A DNA stretch of 64,000 bases from Basidiobolus meristosporus CBS 931.73 (GCA_002104905.1 MCFE01000323.1:30943-94942); one strand, 5' to 3'. Counted from the stretch's first letter, positions 1-10,897 are shown. A program made the numbers and translations. The notes: a model not told the origin generated them from the letters alone.

Positions 1-654
1 CACCACATTGTCTCCCTCCTACACTGTGATAGGTTTTTCTGTGGGCTTAATCTTTGGGCACTGTTGTTGTTCTTCAAAGACTGTATGGTGTTCCTCTGCT
101 ATTACATTGGGAAACGGCTCAGTTCTTGGCTGTGACATTGAGCAACTAGAGTTCCTTCTTTGCAGCAAAGATACTGCTTTCTCTACCTGGGATATTGATT
201 GCTCTACATGTATTATCTGCTCATCCTGCTTCTGGACTACTTCTTGATTTCTCTGGGCCATTGCATCTATCCTATCAGCCACTGCACCTAATTGCTTCAT
301 TAATGCTTTGGTATGAGCTGACAACATACTTGCTAATATGGGTGGTGGTGATGTTATCATGGCCACCTGCTGATCTTCAAGTGAGGGTACTGCATTTGCT
401 ACATTCTCATCTGCCTGAGCATAACAGTCAGCTTGTGGCTTCACAGAGGTTCTGAATTGCCTACTTGACTGAGAGCCTGAGGAGTCTGCATTATTACCTT
501 CAATGGGCACACTGTCCACAGGGCCTTTTTTGGATGTAGCCCCACTTGTTGCACTGAATGTCAAAGCAAGCTGTTGTCCAACCATTCTTCAGTTGCTGTC
601 AGTGGTAGGGTTTGGTTGAGAGCCAGACAACTTTGCTTTATTTTTTCGCGGTAT
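1..654 (-). pseudogene. CACTA second gene (ORF2), N-terminal part, divergent from the transposase
   Basis: ORF 19..585 matches copies at 46938-47135 and 53214-54083. The copy at 54083 starts MPSKDKAK; here the equivalent start is ATA at 654 and there is one in-frame TGA. TATAAATAAA on the minus strand at 723-732. Confidence 0.7.
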
Positions 655-875
655 ATATATGGAAGTCTGTCAAACCAAAGGGGAAATAGTGTTACATATA
701 CATGCGTATGTGGTGCCACAACTTTATTTATAATGCTTACTATGGCAGGTCATCATTGAATCTTACATTCATGTTGGTGCAATGTCTCAAATACAAGACT
801 GTCTTAAGTTCACATGAGTATTGACCAAATGTGATATAATAGCATTACATTGTTGAAAGTCAAGCTGTTTGCCCC

Positions 876-2051
876 ATGGACAAGACAACTTTGACTCAAT
901 GCTGTAAGAGAAGAGAAAAAAGACCATGTGGCTATTGTGGCAAGCCTCTCAGCCATGAAGCATGCAGACAGTATAGAAAGTATTACAGGGTTCATGGCCA
1001 GTGTTTTGCCACCCAAGTCATATTTGACCATTCATTGGTCACTATTGTACCAACATTATCTTGCCGGCCAGTTAATACTTCTATATTGGCACCTGGCTCA
1101 CTTTGTCACCTTGCACAAACTGAGTCAGGTGAGTTTGTGACACCTTCAGGCTCACCTCAGCCTTCTGAATATGGCACGCAGAGTGATAGCTCTGACAAAG
1201 AAGGTTCACTGATGGATTTTGATCCAATCTCCCCCAACAACAGTACCACATATGAGCCTGGTCAAATCCCTATATTCAATGAGACAACACCTGCTGAAAC
1301 AAATGCCAAGGATACTTTATGGAGCCAAGTGAGCCCAGCAATTGATCTACTGGTGAATGATGTAATGTTGTGGCAAGAGAAGTGGTGCATTTCCACTAAT
1401 ATCAGTAATGGGGGCTTTGGGGATTTATTACTACTTCTTGCCAAAATCATATGGGGATGCAACTTACCATGTACATGGTACTAGTGGACAACTGTCATGT
1501 GGCTGGCAACATATGATTCAGAGGCTGTGCTGATTCCAGCATGTGTTAACAGTTGCATGACATTCACATCTACAAATGCTACCATTGCAATGTGTCCAAA
1601 TTGTCAGGAATCCACCACCATTGAGGGAAAACATTGCTCACACTCCGGATATATTCCGGTCATACCCCATCTGAGGAGGCTGATGCAGTCTGACAAATAT
1701 TGCAAAGCTATAGAGTACCACACTCAGTATCAATCAAGCGTAAACATATCTGATATATTTGATGGCAAACATTACAAACAGCTAAGAAGCAAGGGCTACT
1801 TTGAAGGTATGTATGACCATGCCTTTGCTTTAGCACTTGATGGATTCTCATTAAACAAGTACTCTACCAGCAAATCCTGCTGGCCACTGATTCTTGTCAG
1901 TCTGAATCTGCCGTCCATCTTATGGTATCAGTGCAATAATCTAATGGTAGTCTCACTGGTATCTGGGCATAAATCACTGTCTAACCTGGATAGCTACCTG
2001 TATCCATTGCTGGATAAATCTTGTATGCTTTCCAGCAGGATAACAGTAAAT
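876..2051 (+). pseudogene. CACTA (Transposase_21/tnp2-type) transposase, N-terminal half
   Basis: CGYCGKPLS...HGQC Zn-finger-like start, CVNSCM..CPNC, SDIFDGKHY, LALDGFS, CWPLIL.LNLP motifs. TAG at 1482-1484 where other copies have AAG. Cut by Pangu-B. Confidence 0.9.
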
Positions 2052-2482
2052 AGACTTGATCCGTTGGATAGAGCCACATAGTGCCAACCTGTTTATGGTG
2101 CCGGATCATTCTGGCACTATCTGGTACTATAATTTCTACCATTATGCCAGTGGTAGGCTATAGTTACTGGTAATTTACTTAATTTTACTTATGTTGCTCA
2201 GAGTAGTGCTTTCCTTGCTTTATTTACTCTTCATAATGCTCCAGACACATTTCTCTCAGTGAATGTCTTCTTGCGTGAACATACTGTGCATTAATAAGTA
2301 GACTTGTTCCATTGGATAGTGCCACATAGTGCCAGCCGGTTTATAGTGCCGGATTGATCTGACACTCTACGGCACTATCTGGCACTATAATTTCTACCAT
2401 GATGCCAGTGGTATGATACAGTTACTGGTAATTTTACTCAATCTTACTTATGTTGCTCAGAATAGTGCTTTCCTTGCTTTAT

Positions 2483-3367
2483 TTACTCTTCATAATGCTC
2501 CAGACACATTTCTCTCAGTGGATTTCTTCTTGTCTGAACATACTGTGCATTGATAAGTATCTTAACTATTTTACCTATTCTGCTGTTTTCTCCTATATAT
2601 GACTTTCCTCTGTATTTACCTGCCAATATGCTGAATCTCTTCAGATATCCAAATGTGTGCTCTACCCTTACTCTGAAATGATTAAATATCTCATTGTAGA
2701 GCTTCTGCTTCCTGCCAAGCACACCATTCCTTGGCTTCCTATAAGCTGTAATACATCCTAATCTCTGACAATCCTCTCCTATATAGGCCAAGTCTGCCAT
2801 ACATTTCTCCCCTCTACTGAATTCAGGATGATTCTCTACCCAGAGTGCTTTGTCATGCCTACTTCCAGCAAATGGCCCACTAAACCAGATGATGTTACCC
2901 TCAATGTCAGACAGTGCTTGAAACTTCACACAGTGTGCCTTGTACTTGCCAGAATAAAAGTGCCTCTGCCCTCTAGAAGGTCTGTTAATCCTCACTGGGA
3001 AGGTATCCAAAATACTCCTGATATGGAACCTGTTGCTGAACACTCTGGGATATGGAAGTCTATTGGAGCTTCTGAACCTAGTATTCCAAGCTTGCTCTAA
3101 GTCATTCATACCCTCTGCAAGGTGGTTCTCCATTGCTGTCAGCTGGGAATGAAAGCTTCTAGGACTTTTGTTGCCATGGATGGTGGGATGAAACCTTGTA
3201 GGGCAATAGTTCTTGTAATAGCAGAGAAGCTTAACAAGGGATCTCCTTGAGTAGATTGGGGTTGATGGTCCACAGTACTTGGAATAGATCTCCTCCAGTG
3301 TGTCAAAAGGAAATCCAGTGGTAATGATGGGATTGATGAGAAAAGACCATTCAGATGAGTAAGTCAT
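2483..3367 (-). CDS. PIF/Harbinger/IS5-like DDE transposase (DDE_Tnp_4 type), 294 aa, intact
   Basis: SILDTFPV (D), YSGKYKAHCVKFQ, GSRHD, MADLAY (D) and RVRVEHTFGYLK (E) motifs; no stops. Confidence 0.92.
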   Translation of the reverse strand: MTYSSEWSFLINPIITTGFPFDTLEEIYSKYCGPSTPIYSRRSLVKLLCYYKNYCPTRFHPTIHGNKSPRSFHSQLTAMENHLAEGMNDLEQAWNTRFRSSNRLPYPRVFSNRFHIRSILDTFPVRINRPSRGQRHFYSGKYKAHCVKFQALSDIEGNIIWFSGPFAGSRHDKALWVENHPEFSRGEKCMADLAYIGEDCQRLGCITAYRKPRNGVLGRKQKLYNEIFNHFRVRVEHTFGYLKRFSILAGKYRGKSYIGENSRIGKIVKILINAQYVQTRRNPLREMCLEHYEE

Positions 3368-3629
3368 ATTAAAATTGATGGATGATTGTATGGAGGCGGT
3401 TTGAATCGATTTGGCACGATCTGAGTTATTTATCTGATTTTTAACACATTATGGTTAAATCTCCATCAATTGCCATGTATCCCATCATTATGTCGCAAAA
3501 ATCATCCGCAAACAATGCCTTGGTACTTTTGTTGATGCTTTAATCATAGGTCTATAATCAAATAGGAAATCTGCAATTGATGTGATCTGATCCGTGTCAA
3601 CGCGATACAAAATGCATCATGCATAATAT

Positions 3630-4957
3630 ATGGAAAATTCAACAATCACTTTAGTTTTCATATATATTTCATAAAAGACCAGGTTGATGCCAATATACAG
3701 CTGTATAAGTATCCAAATCCGTTGCTATGGTCCCCATACCAAGCCTCAACTCATCCTTAGTACAACCCAGACAAAACCCATCCCCAGCTCACAAGCGCGG
3801 TCCGGACCGGAAAAGTTGATGTTGGATCCGTTTGAGTTCTTGCCAAATGATTTTAGTATGGCCCAAGTGTCTATGATGAGCCTTCATACAGATATTTGGG
3901 CACTACTGATTAATCTAGCAGAACTAGATACCTCAGAGAGTTGACAAAGATGGAAGAATTTGAGTAGAAAGCTGTGGCATGAGTTCTACATCAAGATGCC
4001 AGCCGATGTATGTGAAAGATATATAACAAGACAAGTATTGAAATCAAGAATGAGCTGAGAGTGAGGGGATTTGACGAGGAAGCCGCGTGGGAACGATTTT
4101 GCACGCAATTTGCACAGTACGGGCCGGACGCGTCCGTTTGTGCCTCAACTTTGGGAACCAAAGAGATTTTGAATGAGTTTTTGCCTCAAATGACTAATGT
4201 ACTACGTGATATATTAGTAGAGCTAAGTGGCTTCCAAGAGCAATATACACAGGACTCATCCAGGCAACAGCTCCAAAGTATCAGACAGAGGGTAAGTGAA
4301 TACCTTGAGGAATCAGATGGTGAGCTCCAGGAGGAAGAATACAGACCGCGAGCAACATCGTCCAGATTGCGCCAGCACACCTCGCTGGATTCCCTACCAT
4401 CTCTTGCAACCACAGCGCGCCGGCGCACGTCAGTCCAGACCACGCCAACACCCTTTACCAGAACGCCCTGCGTTGAGTCAACGCGCGCGCTTCAGAGCAA
4501 AACTACCAGAACTCGCCAAACTGCTCATTTAGACACAAGTCCATTGGAGCGGACCAAGTCACGTCAACATGCGGCATCACATCAAACTCAGCCAAGGGCC
4601 ATCTCAACGCGTCAAGGCGCGCCTGCGCGTGCCGTTTTGCCTGACCATCAGCGATTTACTTCTGGTGAACTGACTGATGATGACCAACATGAAGTGACTC
4701 AACCACCAGAGCCCTTGGCAAGTAAAAGAACGTGTCAGCGCGTGGCACTACAGGCCGGTTCAGTTGGTTCAGTTGGAGCGATTCAGCGTGGCCAAGCTGC
4801 AGCATTGCACTCATCAACTAGGAGGCAGAATACTGACTACAAATACACAAGTAGCCAAGATGATAGTCAGACAGGAAGTAGTATAGGTGTGCAAAGTGAG
4901 TCACTACCAAATGCTTCAGTAGTAATCCCTGTGAGAAAAAAACCCAGGAGAAGATGA
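3630..4957 (+). pseudogene. Pangu ORF2 (accessory protein, consensus about 440 aa, Myb/SANT-like motif, C-terminal basic NLS-like tail), copy A
   Basis: ORFs 3684..3944 and 4061..4957 are joined in sister copies. Lesions here: TAA near the start, TGA at 3942-3944 and a 1-nt deletion near 4015. Ends PVRKKPRRR*. Confidence 0.8.
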
Positions 4958-5102
4958 TGCGATCGCTTTGAATCGCTCACATTTGTAATGATCCCAACAA
5001 CCCTTTTTTTTTGCAATCCGAATCGAGCCATCGCAAATCAGTGATCATCAAATTTTTGATATAAGTAATATCAAGGTCATCTCACATTTGAGACAGAACC
5101 CC

Positions 5103-5112
5103 TATAAATAAA
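5103..5112 (+). promoter_or_regulatory. TATA box upstream of putative Pangu ORF3
   Basis: TATAAATAAA is conserved in copies A, B (about 8256), C (about 35705, minus) and E (about 49976, minus). Confidence 0.55.
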
Positions 5113-5197
5113 CACCCTGCATATATATACGTCATCTGTAATACCAGTGCAGCTATTGGATCTGTTTCACACCTACACGATCGCTTGCGTGCTAGCT

Positions 5198-5500
5198 ATG
5201 ACACCTTGCCCAATCACTAGGATCAGGGATTTACTTGCTCAATGGGCAAAATGGGATATTTGATGGCAAATCAGGTAGCTTTTTCAGCAGTCAATGAGCC
5301 AATTGGGGGCTGCCAGCTTCAGGATACTTTTGGACCAATTAACCACTGAGATACCGTCCAATTGGAGTGAGGGTAACCAAAATGGTAAGTATCAGTGTAG
5401 CTTATAGTGTGATACACATTTATTTCCAGTTACATTAAAGAAACATATCCAAATACCGGATTTTACCTGCCATTATAGCGCTATCCAATTGCGCACGTGA
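5198..5500 (+). pseudogene. Putative third Pangu gene (ORF3, about 85-100 aa, Trp-rich)
   Basis: ATG ACA CCT TGC... follows the TATA box in 4 copies. One frame continues ...RILLDQLTTEIPSNWSEGNQN; possible 45-nt intron GTAAGT...TTCCAG. Internal stops are present. Confidence 0.4.
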
Positions 5501-5703
5501 TGCAAGCATTACAAGTTGGCGCAATCATCCGTGCCAACCTCATCGTGTCAGATTGTGCCATAGTGTGCGAGATCGTCCCGCATAGTGCGAAATCGTCCAA
5601 GAACAATCCTGCCTTCTGGTAGCTATTATATTGTGCCCGATTGTTTTTTGCAACCGCGGATCGCGCCGCGCGCCCTGGCACGGTACAATGGAACAAGTCT
5701 AGT

Positions 5704-6512
5704 ATCTTAACTATTTTACCTATTCTGCTGCTTTCTCCTATATATGACCTTCCTCTGTATTTACCTACCAATATGATGAATCTTTTCAGATATCCTAATG
5801 TATGCTCTACCCTCACTCTGAAATGATTAAATATCTCATTGTAGAGCTTCTGCTTCCTGCTAAGCACACCATTCCTTGGCTTCCTATAAGCTGTAATTTA
5901 TCCTAATCTCTGACAATCCTCTCCTATATAAGCTAGGTCTGCCATACATTTCTCCCCTCCACTGAATTCTGGATGATTTGCTACCCAGAGTGCTTTGTCA
6001 TGCCTACTTCCAGCAAATGGCCCACTAAACCAGATGATGTTACCCTCAATGTCAGACAGTGCTTGAAACTTCACACAGTGTGCCTTGTACTTGCCAGAAT
6101 AAAAGTGCCTCTGCCCTCTAGAAGGTCTGTTAATCCTGACTGGGAAGGTATCCAAAATACTCCTTATATAGAACCTGTTGCTGAGCACTCTGGGATACAA
6201 AAGTTTATTGGAGCTTCTGAACCTAGTACTCCATGCTTGCTCTAAGTCATTCATACCCTCTGCAAGGTGGTTCTCTATTGCTGTCAGCTGAGAATGAAAG
6301 CTTTGAGGACTTTTGTTGCCATGGATGGTGGGATGAATCCTTGTAGGGCAATAGTTCTTGTAATAGCAGAGAAGCTTAACAAGGGATCTCCTTGAGTAGT
6401 TTGGGGTTGATGGTCCACAGTACTTGGAATAGATCTCCTCCAGTGTGTCAAAAGGAAATCCAGTTGTAGTGACGGGATTAATGAGAAAAGACCATTCAGA
6501 TGAGTGAGTCAT
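5704..6512 (-). pseudogene. Pangu transposase of copy B (nonsense TAA at 5898-5900; C-terminal tail displaced to about 2240-2296 by copy A)
   Basis: Near-identical to 2483..3367; ORFs 5898..6512 and 5481..5867 are in the same frame. Confidence 0.9.
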
Positions 6513-6767
6513 ATCAAAATTGGGAGGATTGCGCTGAGATTATTTGATTTGGCACAATCAGCTTTATTTATCTGATTATCCATGCATTATGATTAAATAT
6601 CCATCAATTGCCATGTATCCCATCATTATGTTGCAAAAGTCATCCTTATACAATCACTGGGTATTTTTATTGATGTTTTACTCACAAGTCTATAATCAAA
6701 TAGGAAATCTGCAATTGATGTGATCTGATCTGTGTCAATGCAATCCAAGATGCATCATACATAATAT

Positions 6768-8110
6768 ATGGATAATTTAACAATCACATTAGTTTTCATA
6801 TATGTTTAATATAAGACCAGGTTGATGCCAATACACCACTGTATAAGTATCCAAATCTGTCACTATGGTCCCTATACCAAGTCTCAACTCATCTTTAGTT
6901 CAACCCAGACAAAATCCATCCCCCAGCTCACAAGCGCAGTCTGGACCAGAAAAGGCAATGTTGGATCTGTTTGAGTTCTTGCCAAATGATTTCAGTATGG
7001 CCCAAGTGTCTATGATGAGCCTTCATACAGATATTTGGGCACTACTCATTAATCTAGCTGAACTAGATACCTCAGAGAGTCAACAGAGATGGAAGAACCT
7101 GAGTAGAAAGCTGTGGCATGAGCTCTACATTAAGATGCCAGCGGATGTATGTAAGAAGATATATAACAAGACAAGTATTGAAATCAAGAATGAGCTGAGA
7201 GTGAGGGGATTTGATGAGGAAGCCACACAGGAACAATTTTGCACGCAATTTGCACAGTATGGACCAGATGCATCCGTTTGTGCCTCAACTTTGGGAACCA
7301 AAGAGACTTTGAATGAGTTTTGCCTCAAATGACTAATGTATTATGTGATATAGTTGTAGAGCTAAGTGGCTTCCAAGAGCAATGTACATAGAACTCATCC
7401 AGGTAACAGTTGCAAAGTATTAGACAGAGGGTAAGTGTATACCTTGAGGAATCAGAAGGTGAGCTTCAAGTGGAGGAATACAGACCGCAAGCAACATTGT
7501 CTAGATTGTGCCAGCATGCCTTGCTGGATTCCTTACCATCCCTTGCAACTTCAGCGCACCGGCGCACATCAGTCCAAAATACGCCAACACCCTTCACAAG
7601 AGCACCCACATTGACTCAATGCATATTGGGTCAAGGTGCGCACTGCAGAGCAAAACCACCATAACCCACAAAACTGCTCAAAAAACTACAAGTCCATTGG
7701 AGCAGGCCAAATTGCATCAACAAGCGGCATCACATCAAACTCAGCCAAGGGCCATGCCAGCGCATCAAGTTGCATCTGCACATGCTATTACACCTGACTA
7801 TCAACCAGTTACTTCTGGTGAACTGACAGATGATGACCCACTTGAAGTGCCTACACCACCAGAGCCTTTGGCAAGTAAACAAACATGTCAGCACGTAACA
7901 CTGCAGGCCAGCTCAGTTGCATCATCTGGAGCAATTTAGTGAGGCCAAGCTGCAGCATTGCACTCATCAACCAGGAGGCAAAATATTGACTATAAATACA
8001 CAAGTAGCCAAGAGGATAGTCAAGAAGAAAGTAGTTCAAGTATGCAAAGTGAATCACTACCAAATGCTTCAGTAGTAATCCCTGTGAGAAAAAAGCCTAG
8101 GAGTAGATGA
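6768..8110 (+). pseudogene. Pangu ORF2, copy B (frameshifted)
   Basis: ORFs 6865..7332, 7410..7664 and 7508..7939 are homologous to copy A ORF2. Confidence 0.8.
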
Positions 8111-8350
8111 TGCAATTGCATTGAATTGCTATTATTTGTAATGATCCAAACAACACATTTTTTTTGCAATCCGCATTGAGCCATTGCAAATCAGTGATCA
8201 CTAGATTTTTGATATAAGTAATATTAAGGTTGTCTCACATTTGAGACAGGACCCCTATAAATAAACACCCTGCATATGTATACATCATCTGTGGCATCAG
8301 TACAGCCATTTGATCTGATTTGCACCCATATAATTGGTTGCGTGCTTGCT

Positions 8351-8653
8351 ATGACACCTTGTCCAATCACTAGGATCAGGGAATCACTTGCTTATTGGGC
8401 AAAATGGGATATTCAATGGCAAACCAGGTAGCTTGTGTATTGGTCAAAGAGCCAATTGGGGGCTGAAAGCTTCAAGATTCTTCTGGACCAATTAACCACT
8501 GAGATACCATCCAATTGGAGTGATGGTAGCCAAAATGGTAAGTATAAATGTAGATTATATTGTGATTTGCATTTATCTCCATTTACATTAAAGAAACATA
8601 TCCAAATACCAGACTTTGCCTACTATAATAGTGGTATCCAATTGCTCACATGA
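8351..8653 (+). pseudogene. Putative Pangu ORF3, copy B
   Basis: Homologous to 5198-5500; open except for one TAG at codon 27. Confidence 0.4.
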
Positions 8654-8853
8654 TGCAAACATTACAAGTGGGCGCAATCATTTGTGTTAACCTCATTGTG
8701 TCAGACTGTGCCATAGTGTGCAAGATAATCCCACATGGTGCAAAATTGTCCAAGAGCAATCCTGCCTACTGATAGCTACAATATTGAGCCTGACTGTTCT
8801 TAGAAACTGCAGATTGCACCGTGTGCCCTGGCACGGTACAATAAAACAAGTCT

Positions 8854-9826
8854 AATGGCTGTCATGTAAAAGCTCATAGTATTATATGCATTGGAGATAC
8901 CCCAGCCATCAGCAAGATAGCAGGCTATTCCAGGCACAATGGACGGTATTGCTTTCAAATGTGTGAGATCCAGGGGATTTACTCCATAACTCACACACAT
9001 TATTATTACCCAAACACCAGCACTATGAACATCATCTTTCTGCAGAGAGAATGTACAGAAGTAAGCATGCAGTTGCAGCAAAGTTGGCAAGCTATAAGCC
9101 ATTGGCTGGAATATGGAATCAATTGGAAACCGGATATACTTAAGATAGAGGGTATCTGTTGGAGCAAAAGCTTTCCACTGGGAGCAATGCATTTGCTTTT
9201 CAACAATATCCCTATACTGATGACCAAGTTGTACATGGGGCACTTTAAGCTTAATGAGCCCTTTGAGATACCAGAGAAATTTGAAAAAATTGGCAAGATA
9301 TTGGAGAGTATCTGCTACCCTAGGTACTTCTCATAGGCTCCAATTAATATTCATACACATATGCAACAATACAAATCCAAAGACTGGATGAACTAGATAT
9401 GTATATATTCAAGTGGTGTGCATGTAGATCTCTGCTGCTACTGTATCCATTCTCTACTCCATCTTGCACAACATGTGGAGAATATTGGGCCTTGCTTCAC
9501 CTTTTGGGAGTTTCCTATGGAGCCAATGTGTGAGGAGATAGGAAGCCAAGTCAAGTTGTAGGTACTAACATATCCCAATCTCATCAAGAATATTACCCTT
9601 AAGTCCATCATGGATGTGATGAGTTGGCACATGGAGGACAGCCAGAAAGAGTTGGAAAATACTAAGGACAAATGTGCACATGGAAACACCTATGCCTATG
9701 GCATTAAGAAGCTAAGCAGCCCCAATGCGTGGGTATTCAGTCAAGTAATGCAAAGTTTGGTTGGGTGCAACAAGCAACTAATTTTTATCAGGAAAACTCC
9801 ACCAAGGTATGCTGGATTTCTTGCGG
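8854..9826 (+). pseudogene. CACTA transposase copy 1, central part
   Basis: CIGDTPA, GAMHLLFNNI and WEFPME motifs; homologous to 55113..56216. Confidence 0.88.
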
Positions 9827-10897
9827 TGTGGTGGTGTATAGGTCCAAGGGAGAGATACGTCCAACACTTCTCAAGTGTTTTGTGTGTGGGGTGTTCACTG
9901 GGTGCAATAACCTCTGGCAAAAGCTTGCTAGGAATACTTGGGTTCTGTCTCTAATCTAATGTGAAGGGGAATAAAGCCACAAGCTTGTCAAGGGAAAACT
10001 ATTGAGCTACAATCCCCAACTTAGTTGGCGTCTTAACAAAAGTATGTGCTGGGTTCAGCGTCCTTTGAGATGACAATGTACTAAAGCTTCCAAAGTCAAA
10101 ACAACTGTAAACTCCACCAGCAGGGACTTGATAAGAATGCAGCTTTGGTCAATAGTTACAAAGACAGAAAAGTATCTTTGCCTGTACAAGAACAAACTTG
10201 GGAAAGAATCAAATATAATAAAAGATACCTACTCTGAGTATTCCTCACAAGTAGTGCCTCCAAGGTCAGTTGGCTGTCAGCGCGGTTTCCTGGGAGTGTC
10301 CTGTGGTCTAGGGTTGGAAGTTCAGGTAGCAGCAGGTAGCAGTGATCACACTAATCAACAAGTCGGTATATTGATAAAAGGGATGATGATTTATTGTTGA
10401 GGGATAGCCTCCCTTATATACTTTTCTTACTGGCTAAGTGATTACTAATCATGGTGTTCCAGAAGGTTCCAGAGATCAATAGAAATCTTAATGACATCAG
10501 AATGACCTAAGAATGTTCTAAGTAGGTGCCGGAAGGTTCTAAGAGGCACAGCACATCCGACCAATCAGGAATCAGTATTCTGAAACCTGTGTAACATGGG
10601 GATACCATATATGGTATGGAAGTGGTAGGGATGGTGACACGGGCTGATCATGTGTCACGGGTACTGGCGCGGGTACTTGCCTAATATAGAAGTACTTATA
10701 GCTAGTAATCTTACATAAAGTGAGGGTTAACTTATGCAATAAGGTAAGCAGGTGTGATAGTCAACCGGCTTATGGGATAGTACTGATTGGGTAAGACAAA
10801 TGGGATAAAACTAAAATAAGTGTAGTAGAGATATAGGGAAGTAGAAAATAAGGGAATGAGCACATCTGTCAGTGGGTGTCACTGTCACCCCACTACA
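9827..10897 (-). repeat. Gypsy 3' LTR
   Basis: TGTGGTGG...CCACTACA. Differs from the other LTR at only 2 positions I could find (9906/16010 and 10428/16532). Confidence 0.96.
10602..10617. promoter_or_regulatory. 16-bp palindrome ATACCATATATGGTAT containing a CArG box, in the LTR (also 16706-16721)
   Basis: CC(A/T)6GG core; conserved in the diverged solo LTR at 43122-43139. Confidence 0.55.

Larger units (their letters stand above)
2300..5700 (-). mobile_element. Pangu-type PHIS transposon copy A, complete, 3401 bp
   Basis: Perfect 15-bp TIRs at 2300-2314 and 5686-5700. TSD AGT at 2297-2299 and 5701-5703. Inserted near the 3' end of copy B's transposase. Confidence 0.95.
2052..8853 (-). mobile_element. 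Pangu-type PHIS transposon copy B (about 3398 bp without the nested copy A)
   Basis: TIRs AGACTTGATCCGTTG and CAATAAAACAAGTCT. TSD AAT at 2049-2051 and 8854-8856. The empty site ACAGTAAATGGCTGTCATG matches other CACTA copies. Confidence 0.93.

Noticed and set aside
195-455. Hydrophobic ORFs (also 46490..47017 and 53498..53950) that look like membrane proteins
   Set aside because: They are the antisense frame of CACTA ORF2; the Leu-rich look follows from complementing a Gln/Glu/Lys-rich gene.
2828-3100. Antisense 90-aa ORF repeated at 5973..6245 and partly at 38897..39079
   Set aside because: Shadow frame of the transposase in closely related copies; no independent coding evidence.
5481-5867. 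128-aa ORF joining the transposase C-terminus to new sequence
   Set aside because: Read-through of copy B into the TIR of copy A, downstream of a nonsense codon.
10128-10400. 90-aa ORF present twice (also 16232..16504)
   Set aside because: It lies antisense inside the two near-identical LTRs, so the repetition is trivial; no motif, and no evident counterpart in the diverged solo LTR.
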